DNA of 64,000 nucleotides from Balanoglossus misakiensis (GCA_040954595.2 CM082594.2:10296296-10360295), one strand, 5' to 3'. Positions 1-12,400 are shown, numbered from the stretch's first letter. A program made the numbers and translations. Notes: generated by a model from the sequence alone, not told the origin.

Positions 1-152
1 GATAATGGAAATTGCCGTCACTATTGCTGAGAATGATGTGCCCGAGGACGTCAACAAAACGTTCAGAGTCATTTTAAACAATCCAAGCGTTGGTTCCTTC
101 CTGGTTGATCCCTTTGAACTCGTTGTAACGATCATAGACAATGATTTCATAG
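1..152 (+). CDS. Exon (5' end outside window) of Calx-beta/EGF/SEA transmembrane protein: C-terminal part of a Calx-beta domain
   Basis: IAVTIAENDVPEDVNKTFRVILNNPSVGSFLVDPFELVVTIIDND fits the Calx-beta pattern (..D..E...TF.V.L.....VTI.DND). Donor AG|GTAGGC at 153, phase 1. Confidence 0.85.
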
Positions 153-783
153 GTAGGCCTAATTTGAGAATTCTAGCGTTTGTTTTTGAATTAGAATTGC
201 AACTTTTTGTGAGGCAGTGGACTCTATCTCTTTGGACCATTTCCCTTTACACCACAATGCAGAACTATCTTACATGCGTAGCTCTGAGTGCGTGCGTACC
301 CATATGCACGTGTTGGTATTGCTGTTAGTCGTGACATATTCAGCATCTGAGTTTCGTAGGACTCTGTGGTAATCTGACAGTTTATTTCCACCCGGGGAAG
401 GCATGGCAGCCCATAGTTCATTTCACATTAAAATAATAACTTTGATTGGACAGAAGTGTGCAAAGCCCGAGGCAGAGAAGTCCAAACACCTTTTACATTT
501 CTGAGAGTTCCCGGCACTCTCATTTGGGAATTTGTGTGACAGCCCTGATACGAGGACTTGTACATGGCAATTGTCTTTCTCCTTTTACACGTCATGTAAC
601 AACAAAAGTCTGTTACATGCGTGTGAGGTGGCTTCGGCAGGAGAGTGTTGTGCAGTGTTCTTATCCACCGGGCTGCTATCTGATTCTTGTGGTCTGACGT
701 GGACTGAAGGTTCTGTTGAATATAATTTGCTTAGTAACAAAGACGGGTCGCTCTGCAAAGCATGATGAAATGACGTATTTAAA

Positions 784-1437
784 TAATAACACATGATAGC
801 GAGGGCAATATCACGATTTGAAGCCTGCACGAGGGATGGTGATCTCTGACTACAATATTGATGATGCCCGAGCCGCAGGCGAGGGTATCATCAATATTGT
901 GGTCAGAGATCACCAGCCCGAGGGCAGGCTTCAAATCGTGATGTTGCCCGAGCATCATGTGTTATTAATTTTATTACGCCGAACATTTGAACGTACATAC
1001 AAGGCAGGCATAGAAGAACGTAGACGCGCGTCCATATGTCGTACGTTGCTGAGAATGTAAAATGTCTCGATCTCCCAAGAATTATACGATACCTACTTCG
1101 AACTTAGATTATTTGGAAAATACTGCACTGTTGGTTGCGATTTTGTTGTATTTACTGTCCGTTTGTGGTAAAATATCGTCCAGTTGAACAGGTGTTAAGC
1201 CTATGTGTCGCTTTGAAGCCATAGATGCGGGAGTTGACTGATCGTGGAGGAAGCCATTGAACGACAGTTTGGAACGCGCAGAAGTCGCGCGCAGAACACA
1301 AAACAACCCAGCGGGCAATATCAGCGCACGCGACAGGGCTTTATCAACTCTAGCCATGTTATATCACTTTTTTTTCTATATCACGTGAGCGCGTCTCAGC
1401 CAATCACGAATATGGTATAATACGTGAGGTGTAATAA
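784..1437 (-). mobile_element. Internally deleted (non-autonomous) Crypton-like DNA transposon in intron
   Basis: 6-bp direct repeat TAATAA at both ends (784-789, 1432-1437) and a 182-bp subterminal palindrome (785-966). Minus-strand ORF remnant MASKRHIGLTPVQLDDILPQTDSKYNKIATNSAV (ATG 1222-1220) resembles, from memory, the N-terminus of animal Crypton/DUF3504 tyrosine recombinases. No database search was run. Confidence 0.6.
785..966. repeat. Long imperfect inverted repeat (hairpin), ~90-bp arms
   Basis: AATAACACATGAT...TCACGATTTGAAGCCTGC...GGTGATCTCTGAC.ACAATATTGATGAT pairs with ATCATCAATATTGT.GTCAGAGATCACC...GCAGGCTTCAAATCGTGA...ATCATGTGTTATT. The loop is GCA. Confidence 0.95.
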
Positions 1438-1505
1438 GTCGCCATATCATATTCTTGCATTTTTGAGAGTTTAATGCATGCATATAACTACATAACTACC
1501 CACAG

Positions 1506-1601
1506 ACACAACCGAGGCTGCGAAAACTGAGTCCGTTACAACAAGGCCACGAACGACAGCCAGGCAGGGAACGACACAACCTCCAACGGAGGGACCACCA
1601 G
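1506..1601 (+). CDS. Exon: Thr/Pro-rich mucin-like linker (not in ORF track)
   Basis: cccacag|AC...CCAG|gtaagt, 96 nt, phase 1-1. Reads (D)TTEAAKTESVTTRPRTTARQGTTQPPTEGPP. Confidence 0.8.
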
Positions 1602-2026
1602 GTAAGTAATTTTTACGGGAGTACGGTTACAGAAAATGCACTTTTTCGCGGTATAAATACACCTATTTTTACAATTCAAAACTGGTACGAGACTTTCAGC
1701 ATTTATGTTTACTTCCAATTAAAACATCTTCCAGTTACCTTCTACATTCTCTTGGACAATATTAATTTTTATAAGTGTTTACACCTCATGTGTAGTAGTG
1801 AGACAGCCATATTCAAGTTGTAGTTGCAACCAATTATTATTTATCTGTATCACGTTCCCGCCAACAACAACAATGTTAGAATGTTAGATGATATTCATCC
1901 CACCGTAAGCACGTTCGCATTTACATAAGATTCTTTTTATTTGAGTGTAAAATCATTCGGAATAGCTAATGACTCCTGATCTTTGTTTACTTTGGTTTCT
2001 CCTTGTATTGTTTTGTATAATTGAAG

Positions 2027-2149
2027 ATGTCGATGAATGTGACGCAGTAACACCTCCGTGTGCAGACGACAGGATATGTCTTGACCGGCCTAGAGGGTAC
2101 GACTGTGAATGCAGGCCTGGATACTTCAACGTTGATGGACAGTGTCGGC
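2027..2149 (+). CDS. Exon: calcium-binding EGF-like domain
   Basis: DVDECDAVTPPCADDRICLDRPRGYDCECRPGYFNVDGQCR has six Cys and a DVDEC motif. ttgaag| ... |gtaagt, phase 1-1. Confidence 0.92.
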
Positions 2150-2554
2150 GTAAGTCATTTAAGTTCCCTTGTGCACACTCAGCTCTGTCTGACTTTGCAT
2201 CTGTCAGTGTGCATCTGTGACATCTAAAGGAAAGCTGACCAAAACTTCTCTGAATTTGTCGATATTTTGCATATTAACGAGGTTAACATCTGGTAAAAGT
2301 TGTTGACGAAGCATTGTACATACACAGACAACTGCTGCACCAAACAGAAAATACAACAGCGTTCGATAGATTGACCCCACAGGCAGGGACCCCAATGTAC
2401 CAAGAGATATTGAGGTGTCTTCTGTTAATTAACTGTCCAAATGTAAATATAACAAAATTCTGCAAGTCGTTCTACTGTTGCCAATCCTCTAGTTATTTTT
2501 CACAAAATAATGACCACTGTAATGTCATCCCTAAACCGTACATTCTTCTTTCAG

Positions 2555-2682
2555 ATGCAAAGATTATCAAAGTAAGAATGGCAATAGTGAAGTTTAAAGA
2601 TCTTATAGCAACTTATGTATCAGACTACTCCAACCCATATTCGGACCAATACCTGTTGGTGTCGCAGATGATAAAACAAGAC
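2555..2682 (+). CDS. Exon: SEA domain, N-terminal half
   Basis: ttctttcag| HAKIIKVRMAIVKFKDLIATYVSDYSNPYSDQYLLVSQMIKQD |gtaagt. Y..DY.NP.S..Y is SEA-like. Phase 1-0. Confidence 0.85.
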
Positions 2683-3053
2683 GTAAGTCTTACGTATGCT
2701 ATTACATCATCGAGACTTGTGTCTGTAACACCATTTAAAAATACATGATACATGCTGTTTGATGTTACATGTATATGCCATTATTGTTCATCATTCGGTC
2801 ACTAAAATTATTTATGTGTACGTGAACTGCAATGTAGAAAATACAAGGAACCTGTAGAATTGGATAAATGAACTTTGTAACGAGCGCAATAATGCAGTAT
2901 TTTTGATCTGTGAAGTCATTGTGAAGATTACTGACAGAGGAATTTGGTTCAAATTAATGGAAAAAAATAGTTTCCAAATCAGAAGATTGCTGTTGAACTT
3001 GATAAACATTCGGTGTTAATCTGTTTCCTGCATCTGTGGGTTGTATTTTTCAG

Positions 3054-3267
3054 CTCGGCGCTGTTCTACAAGCGACTTTTGCCGATTACTTTGGTATTCG
3101 TATATCGTTTTACTTCGCTGGCAGCGTGGGGGTAGATACCTTCACGTTCTACGACATAAATTCTGATGTGACGGCAGATCAAGTCGAAGACGCCCTCAAC
3201 GGGGCAGTTGATGAAGATGGCAAGATTGGAGATCTCACGATTCGTGATGGATCTATCGAAGCACAAG
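3054..3267 (+). CDS. Exon: SEA domain, C-terminal half
   Basis: tttttcag| LGAVLQATFADYFGIRISFYFAGSVGVDTF...GSIEAQ |gtaatt. GSVGV corresponds to the SEA GSVVV motif. Phase 0-1. Confidence 0.88.
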
Positions 3268-3519
3268 GTAATTAAACAGCGTAGATATGGATGGGTCGAA
3301 GTTGACAGACGCTGCTAATGAAATTCTACATAAACTAGTACACACGGGTTTAGTTGTTATGTTATAGACTTTCAAACATTAGATACTTTGTTCTCGTGAC
3401 ACTTTGATAGTTTGGCATACATTGATTGTTTAGTATTTTATGCATGTGGACAAGGGTGAACTGCAAATTCGGTAAATTCTATTGTTCTTCTAACATCATG
3501 AAATGTGTTTCCATTTTAG

Positions 3520-3681
3520 CGTCGGCGGATAACCCGTGCGAAAGGCCGAGTGGTAACGATTGTTCTCTCAATGCAATCTGTGAGTTGACAGCTAGTAGCT
3601 TTACATGTCAATGCAAGAAAGGTTTCCAAGATACTTCTTCAAACAAGGGTGATCGTCCTGGACGCCAATGTGAGAAAGAAG
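3520..3681 (+). CDS. Exon: EGF-like domain (D.S...PGR.C subtype)
   Basis: DNPCERPSGNDCSLNAICELTASSFTCQCKKGFQDTSSNKGDRPGRQCEKE. ttttag| ... |gtatgt, phase 1-1. Confidence 0.92.
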
Positions 3682-3742
3682 GTATGTGTAATTGCATTGT
3701 TATCTTATTCTCAAAATATGAACTGATGTTTTGATAGTCATA

Positions 3743-3782
3743 CATCACCATCATTATCATCATCATCATCATCGCCATCATC

Positions 3783-3814
<32 letters not shown>

Positions 3815-3831
3815 CATCATCATCACCATCA
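3743..3831. repeat. (CAT)n microsatellite, intronic
   Basis: About 29 slightly interrupted CAT units. Confidence 0.97.
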
Positions 3832-3957
3832 AAGACTGACCAATCTCTGCATCGGATTTTAATCAGTTCTAAGCTTTCTTGCATTGTGGTGGTCGTGAAA
3901 ACGATGGCACAGGATCACCGATTATAATCATCATATATGATGTTCTTTTATCAACAG

Positions 3958-4253
3958 AACAGACACAGTTTCTGATTCTAGCAATCACTCTGGGTTTGTT
4001 GTGCGGCCTTTTATTCATCGCCCTCGTCGTCTTCATAGCCATTTGCATTCGTACCAACCGCCGATATAAGAAGGACGATAAAACCAAACTCCCTGTCCAT
4101 CCCATCGTGGGAGGAGAGCGCCCTCTGTACCACTGGATTGACAATCCTCGCGGCGATACACTATCGACCACTGAGAGCGAGGGTACAGACAACTCCGATG
4201 ATAAGCGAATGAACCACTTGCAGAAAAACATGATATATGCCCCCCAACAAAAT
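3958..4253 (+). CDS. Exon: transmembrane helix and juxtamembrane cytoplasmic tail
   Basis: FLILAITLGLLCGLLFIALVVFIAICI followed by basic RTNRRYKK (positive-inside rule). tcaacag| ... |gtatgt, phase 1-0. Confidence 0.9.
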
Positions 4254-4585
4254 GTATGTATCTTTAAAAAAACTACGCCATTATAAAACCATTTGAAAAT
4301 TGGAGTTAGTCCTAGGTCATCGCTCCATGACATGGCTCATGTAGCTATGGGCAATGTCCTCCGAATCTTTGAATAACTTATGAGGAGTCTTTTGAAAACA
4401 AAGACAATTAATAATCACCATTTTTTTTCTTTATAGAGTATATTAGTAATACAAAGATTTGCGGCCATATTGGGTGTGTGTGTGTGTTTGGTTGGGGAGC
4501 GCATGGGCGGGTGGTTAGATTGTGGATGGATGGATAGAATATTTGCCTTGTGCAGTACGATTCACTCCAAATTTATTCTTATCAG

Positions 4586-4759
4586 GGAATGACAGAGCGA
4601 AGTGGACAACATGAACGCCAGGCGAGGGCGCCCAAGCAACAGCCCAGTTCACGCGGACCAGGAGTTGGTGCCAGGCCAAGGAACGGTGAAAGTGGCTTTG
4701 TCACCCCGTACGTTGCCACTGGCGACGAGGCTGAAAAGCTCTATGGTAGAAACAGTCAG
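4586..4759 (+). CDS. Exon: cytoplasmic tail
   Basis: ttcttatcag| GMTERSGQ...FVTPYVATGDEAEKLYGRNSQ |gtaatt, 174 nt, phase 0-0. Confidence 0.82.
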
Positions 4760-5118
4760 GTAATTTGAATTAAATAAAGATCCACTTTAAAGCTTTGTTA
4801 GTTATAACTTTTCGCTATGTGTGTCTCTACCACAATTTTTTCTTTAAATTTCTGAAACATGATGAAATGCTTAGTATCAAGCTTATTAACACAACCTCTT
4901 AGTATAGTCAGCATTGTTACTGTGCATTGCAACTGTGCCAAATTTGTATTCTAGTCCACCAACTAGAATTGATTGACTCATTGTCCATCGCTTCAGGAGA
5001 ACGTCAAATTGTCAGTTATAAAATGCAAGAAGCAAATAATAAAAACTATTTTGACACTTGACCTGTCCGACCGAAATCATCTCATTGCCAAGCCATAATT
5101 TTTATGTTTCATTTTTAG

Positions 5119-5241
5119 AGCCATCAACGTGACTTCGGTGATCTGTACAAAGCCTATCGTATCCCAGACAAAATACCAGTCCCTAAACGAGACTACGACC
5201 TGCCACGCGCGCATGCGCATATCCGTGGAGTTCATGAATGA
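5119..5241 (+). CDS. Last coding exon (not in ORF track)
   Basis: tttcatttttag| SHQRDFGDLYKAYRIPDKIPVPKRDYDLPRAHAHIRGVHE* with stop TGA at 5239-5241. In frame with the previous exon. Confidence 0.75.
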   Translation, partial: SHQRDFGDLYKAYRIPDKIPVPKRDYDLPRAHAHIRGVHE

Positions 5242-6317
5242 TTTTTTTCTGAAATAGAAAATGGAGTACTTCTTCAATAAATCGTGAGTCTCCGCCAAAG
5301 CCATATAATCAGGGAACTTACTGCCAAATGTAATTTCCGGCAATATAATCGATTCATAATTTCCACTTTCATTGTAATTGTAGCAATAATGATTGAAATG
5401 GATTTTTTCTATGACAGTCGGAATACTGTTGTCTACCCCACTTAGATCCACTGTGTATCAGTTCATGGTCCGAAGTAGGATGTCAGACTATACACAACTA
5501 ACACTAGTATCATAATTCATAATCTTTAACACTAAATGTATACTAGAAGTCTATTTATTACATAACCCACAGAAGTTATAACTCGTGTCAGTGAACTTTT
5601 GTAATATTAAAATAACAGCATTGTCATGGAAACCGTTTAAAACAAATACATCACTGCAGAGACATGGCTGTTATATTAGAGAACAATTAAGTGATTTGAT
5701 AACGTTTTGGACCAGGTGCCATTACATACCATCATCTCTTGCACTGTGATGTTTACTTCAGATGTCACGCAGTATTAGCTGGGAGAGATATTATTTGATA
5801 TACGTTTGTGGAACAAAGTTTTTTTTCCAAAATTTCCCTTCCTTGTTTCAGTACTATATTTAAACTTCAGGTCTTATCGTATTCAGCATTATAACAAAAT
5901 TATACACTGCAATATTAAAAAATGACCCCTTCCACAGATTTTCCGCAGAATAGTTTTCCTGACTTTTCAATACTTGAATTTAAAGTCCCTTGACTGAAAA
6001 AACGATTATACCAAAATCCTGTTTATTCAGTGTGATTAGGCTACGATAAATAAACTTTTCTCAAGAAAACAACTTCCGCCATCTGATTTTGAAGGGGTTA
6101 AGTTGCAATTTTCCAGGTTTTTTGCTTGGTATTATTCAATCAACCAAGAAAATATATAAGAGTATATAACAAAATGTGAATTTTTCGACTTACAAAATAT
6201 AATTTGTTACATTTTCGCATGCATAAAACGATGATTTTGAGACCGCAGATGAATTACAGAGAGATTGACACGATCACCTGTTTTATGTAAATCATGCTGT
6301 ACAGATTATTTCGGTAC

Positions 6318-6392
6318 AATAAATAAACTAAATTAAGTTAAAATTTTTGTTTTATTGTGTGGTGTTGCTGTTTATTGTTGTGTTTGGTGTTT
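6318..6392 (+). terminator. Poly(A) signal of the transmembrane gene
   Basis: Overlapping AATAAATAAA (6318-6327) followed by a strongly GT-rich downstream element (~6345-6392). A second AATAAA lies at 6049. Confidence 0.7.
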
Positions 6393-6429
6393 TCATTTTC
6401 TGAAAAAAATCATGGGTTATAGCTCATGA

Positions 6430-9400
6430 AAATGTTCAAAAAACGACGATTTTTCGAGTTTGCGAATTTTCAAAATTTCTTCAAATCTTGATAAAAACCA
6501 TGGGTTATAGCTCAGGAAAATGTTCAAAAAACGACGATTTTTCGAGTTTGCGAATTTTCAAAATTTCTTCAAATCTTGATAAAAACCATGGGTTATAGCT
6601 CAGGAAAATGTTCAAAAAACGACAATTTTTCGAGTTTGCGAATTTTCCAAATTTCTTCAAATCTTGATAAAAACCATGGGTTATAGCTCAGGAAAATGTT
6701 CAAAAAACGACGATTTTTCGAGTTTGCGAATTTTCCAAATTTCTTCAAATCTTGATAAAAACCATGGGTTATAGCTCAGGAAAATGTTCAAAAAACGACG
6801 ATTTTTCGAGTTTGCGAATTTCCAAAATTTCTTCAAATCTTGATAAAAACCATGGGTTATAGCTCAGGAAAATGTTCAAAAAACGACGATTTTTCGAGTT
6901 TGCGAATTTCCAATTTTCTTCAAATCTTGATAAAAACCATGGGTTATAGCTCAGGAAAATGTTCAAAAAACGACGATTTTTCGAGTTTGCGAATTTTCAA
7001 AATTTCTTCAAATCTTGATAAAAACATGGGTTATAGCTCAGGAAAATGTTCAAAAAACGACGATTTTTCGAGTTTGCGAATTTTCCAAAATTTCTTCAAA
7101 TCTTGATAAAAACCATGGGTTATAGCTCAGGAAAATGTTCAAAAACGACGATTTTTCGAGTTTGCGAATTTTCCAAATTTTTTCAAATCTTGATAAAAAC
7201 CATTGGGTTATAGCTCAGGAAAATGTTCAAAAAACGACGATTTTCGAGTTTGCGAATTTTCAAAATTTCTTTAAATCTTGATAAAAACCATGGGTTATAG
7301 CTCAGGAAAATGTTCAAAAAACGACGATTTTTCGAGTTTGCGAATTTTCAAAATTTCTTCAAATCTTGATAAAAACCATGGGTTATAGCTCAGGAAAATG
7401 TTCAAAAAACGACGATTTTTCGAGTTTGCGAATTTTCCAAATTTCTTCAAATCTTGATAAAAACCATGGGTTATAGCTCAGGAAAATGTTCAAAAAACGA
7501 CGATTTTTCGAGTTTGCGAATTTTCCAAATTTCTTCAAATCTTGATAAAAACCATGGGTTATAGCTCAGGAAAATGTTCAAAAAACGACGATTTTTCGAG
7601 TTTGCGAATTTTCAAATTTCTTCAAATCTTGATAAAAACCATGGGTTATAGCTCAGGAAAATGTTCAAAAAACGACGATTTTTCGAGTTTGCGAATTTTC
7701 CAAATTTCTTCAAATCTTGATAAAAACCATGGGTTATAGCTCAGGAAAATGTTCAAAAAACGACGATTTTTCGGAGTTTGCGAATTTCAAAATTTCTTCA
7801 AATCTTGATAAAAACCATGGGTTATAGCTCAGGAAAATGTTCAAAAAACGACGATTTTTCGAGTTTGCGAATTTTCAAAATTTCTTCAAATCTTGATAAA
7901 AACCATGGGTTATAGCTCAGGAAAATGTTCAAAAAACGACGATTTTTCGAGTTTGCGAATTTTCCAAATTTCTTCAAATCTTGATAAAAACCATGGGTTA
8001 TAGCTCAGGAAAATGTTCAAAAAACGACGATTTTTCGAGTTTGCGAATTTTCCAAATTTCTTCAAATCTTGATAAAAACCATGGGTTATAGCTCAGGAAA
8101 ATGTTCAAAAAACGACGATTTTTCGAGTTTGCGAATTTTCAAAATTTCTTCAAATCTTGATAAAAACCATGGGTTATAGCTCAGGAAAATGTTCAAAAAA
8201 CGACGATTTTTCGAGTTTGCGAATTTTCAAAATTTCTTCAAATCTTGATAAAAACCATGGGTTATAGCTCAGGAAAATGTTCAAAAAACGACGATTTTTC
8301 GAGTTTGCGAATTTTCCAAATTTCTTCAAATCTTGATAAAAACCATGGGTTATAGCTCAGGAAAATGTTCAAAAAACGACGATTTTTCGAGTTTGCGAAT
8401 TTTCAAAATTTCTTCAAATCTTGATAAAAACCATGGGTTATAGCTCAGGAAAATGTTCAAAAAACGACGATTTTTCGAGTTTGCGAATTTTCAAAATTTC
8501 TTCAAATCTTGATAAAAACCATGGGTTATAGCTCAGGAAAATGTTCAAAAAACGACGATTTTCGAGTTTGCGAATTTTCCAAATTTCTTCAAATCTTGAT
8601 AAAAACCATGGGTTATAGCTCAGGAAAATGTTCAAAAAACGACGATTTTTCGAGTTTGCGAATTTTCCAAATTTCTTCAAATCTTGATAAAAACCATGGG
8701 TTATAGCTCAGGAAAATGTTCAAAAAACGACGATTTTTCGAGTTTGCGAATTTTCCAAATTTCTTCAAATCTTGATAAAAACCATGGGTTATAGCTCAGG
8801 AAAATGTTCAAAAAACGACGATTTTTCGAGTTTGCGAATTTTCAAAATTTCTTCAAATCTTGATAAAAACCATGGGTTATAGCTCAGGAAATGTTCAAAA
8901 AACGACGATTTTTCGAGTTTGCGAATTTTCCAAATTTCTTCAAATCTTGATAAAAACCATGGGTTATAGCTCAGGAAAATGTTCAAAAAACGACGATTTT
9001 TCGAGTTTGCGAATTTTTCAAAATTTCTTCAAATCTTGATAAAAACCATGGGTTATAGCTCAGGAAAATGTTCAAAAAACGACGATTTTTCGAGTTTGCG
9101 AATTTTCAAAATTTCTTCAAATCTTGATAAAAACCATGGGTTATAGCTCAGGAAAATGTTCAAAAAACGACGATTTTTCGAGTTTGCGAATTTTCCAAAT
9201 TTCTTCAAATCTTGATAAAAACCATGGGTTATAGCTCAGGAAAATGTTCAAAAAACGACGATTTTTCGAGTTTGCGAATTTTCAAAATTTCTTCAAATCT
9301 TGATAAAAACCATGGGTTATAGCTCAGGAAAATGTTCAAAAAACGACGATTTTTCGAGTTTGCGAATTTTCAAAATTTCTTCAAATCTTGATAAAAACCA

Positions 9401-12400
9401 TGGGTTATAGCTCAGGAAAATGTTCAAAAAACGACGATTTTTCGAGTTTGCGAATTTTCAAAATTTCTTCAAATCTTGATAAAAACCATGGGTTATAGCT
9501 CAGGAAAATGTTCAAAAAACGACGATTTTTCGAGTTTGCGAATTTTCAAAATTTCTTCAAATCTTGATAAAAACCATGGGTTATAGCTCAGGAAAATGTT
9601 CAAAAAACGACGATTTTTCGAGTTTGCGAATTTTCCAAATTTCTTCAAATCTTGATAAAACCATGGGTTATAGCTCAGGAAAATGTTCAAAAAACGACGA
9701 TTTTTCGAGTTTGCGAATTTTCAAAATTTCTTCAAATCTTGATAAAAACCATGGGTTATAGCTCAGGAAAATGTTCAAAAAACGACGATTTTTCGAGTTT
9801 GCGAATTTTCAAAATTTCTTCAAATCTTGATAAAAACCATGGGTTATAGCTCAGGAAAATGTTCAAAAAACGACGATTTTTCGAGTTTGCGAATTTTCCA
9901 AATTTCTTCAAATCTTGATAAAAACCATGGGTTATAGCTCAGGAAAATGTTCAAAAAACGACGATTTTTCGAGTTTGCGAATTTTCCAAATTTCTTCAAA
10001 TCTTGATAAAAACCATGGGTTATAGCTCAGGAAAATGTTCAAAAACGACGATTTTTCGAGTTTGCGAATTTTTCCAAATTTCTTCAAATCTTGATAAAAA
10101 CCATGGGTTATAGCTCAGGAAAATGTTCAAAAAACGACGATTTTTCGAGTTTGCGAATTTTCAAAATTTCTTCAAATCTTGATAAAAACCATGGGTTATA
10201 GCTCAGGAAAATGTTCAAAAAACGACGATTTTTCGAGTTTGCGAATTTTCAAAATTTCTTCAAATCTTGATAAAAACCATGGGTTATAGCTCAGGAAAAT
10301 GTTCAAAAAACGACGATTTTTCGAGTTTGCGAATTTTCCAAATTTCTTCAAATCTTGATAAAAACCATGGGTTATAGCTCAGGAAAATGTTCAAAAAACG
10401 ACGATTTTTCGAGTTTGCGAATTTTCCAAATTTCTTCAAATCTTGATAAAAACCATGGGTTATAGCTCAGGAAAATGTTCAAAAACGACGATTTTTCGAG
10501 TTTGCGAATTTTCAAAATTTCTTCAAATCTTGATAAAAACCATGGGTTATAGCTCAGGAAAATGTTCAAAAAACGACGATTTTTCGAGTTTGCGAATTTT
10601 CAAAATTTCTTCAAATCTTGATAAAAACCATGGGTTATAGCTCAGGAAAATGTTCAAAAAACGACGATTTTTCGAGTTTGCGAATTTTCAAATTTCTTCA
10701 AATCTTGATAAAAACCATGGGTTATAGCTCAGGAAAATGTTCAAAAAACGACGATTTTTCGAGTTTGCGAATTTTCCAAATTTCTTCAAATCTTGATAAA
10801 AACCATGGGTTATAGCTCAGGAAAATGTTCAAAAAACGACGATTTTTCGAGTTTGCGAATTTTCCAAATTTCTTCAAATCTTGATAAAAACCATGGGTTA
10901 TAGCTCAGGAAAATGTTCAAAAAACGACGATTTTTCGAGTTTGCGAATTTTCAAAATTTCTTCAAATCTTGATAAAAACCATGGTTATAGCTCAGGAAAA
11001 TGTTCAAAAAACGACGATTTTTCGAGTTTGCGAATTTTCCAAATTTCTTCAAATCTTGATTAAAAACCATGGGTTATAGCTCAGGAAAATGTTCAAAAAA
11101 CGACGATTTTTCGAGTTTGCGAATTTTCAAAATTTCTTCAAATCTTGATAAAAACCATGGGTTATAGCTCAGGAAAATGTTCAAAAAACGACGATTTTTC
11201 GAGTTTGCGAATTTTCAAAATTTCTTCAAATCTTGATAAAAACCATGGGTTATAGCTCAGGAAAATGTTCAAAAAACGACGATTTTTCGAGTTTGCGAAT
11301 TTTCAAAATTTCTTCAAATCTTGATAAAAACCATGGGTTATAGCTCAGGAAAATGTTCAAAAAACGACGATTTTTCGAGTTTGCGAATTTTCAAAATTTC
11401 TTCAAATCTTGATAAAAACCATGGGTTATAGCTCAGGAAAATGTTCAAAAAACGACGATTTTTCGAGTTTGCGAATTTTCAAAATTTCTTCAAATCTTGA
11501 TAAAAACCATGGGTTATAGCTCAGGAAAATGTTCAAAAAACGACGATTTTTCGAGTTTGCGAATTTTCCAAATTTCTTCAAATCTTGATAAAAACCATGG
11601 GTTATAGCTCAGGAAAATGTTCAAAAAACGACGATTTTTCGAGTTTGCGAATTTTCCAAATTTCTTCAAATCTTGATAAAAACCATGGGTTATAGCTCAG
11701 GAAAATGTTCAAAAAACGACGATTTTTCGAGTTTGCGAATTTTCCAAATTTCTTCAAATCTTGATAAAAACCATGGGTTATAGCTCAGGAAAATGTTCAA
11801 AAAACGACGATTTTTCGAGTTTGCGAATTTTCAAAATTTCTTCAAATCTTGATAAAAACCATGGGTTATAGCTCAGGAAAATGTTCAAAAAACGACGATT
11901 TTTCGAGTTTGCGAATTTTCCAAAATTTCTTCAAATCTTGATAAAAACCATGGGTTATAGCTCAGGAAAATGTTCAAAAAACGACGATTTTTCGAGTTTG
12001 CGAATTTTCCAAATTTCTTCAAATCTTGATAAAAACCATGGGTTATAGCTCAGGAAAATGTTCAAAAAACGACGATTTTTCGAGTTTGCGAATTTTCCAA
12101 ATTTCTTCAAATCTTGATAAAAACCATGGGTTATAGCTCAGGAAAATGTTCAAAAAACGACGATTTTCGAGTTTGCGAATTTTCAAAATTTCTTCAAATC
12201 TTGATAAAAACCATGGGTTATAGCTCAGGAAAATGTTCAAAAAACGACGATTTTTCGAGTTTGCGAATTTTCAAAATTTCTTCAAATCTTGATAAAAACC
12301 ATGGGTTATAGCTCAGGAAAATGTTCAAAAAACGACGATTTTTCGAGTTTGCGAATTTTCAAAATTTCTTCAAATCTTGATAAAAACCATGGGTTATAGC

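Noticed and set aside
3608-3832. Poly-Met ORF on the minus strand
   Set aside because: It is a translation of the (CAT)n microsatellite.
4997-5098. Alternative last-exon acceptor (cttcag|GAGAAC)
   Set aside because: The pyrimidine tract is weaker and the peptide AT-rich and intron-like. The 5119 acceptor fits better.
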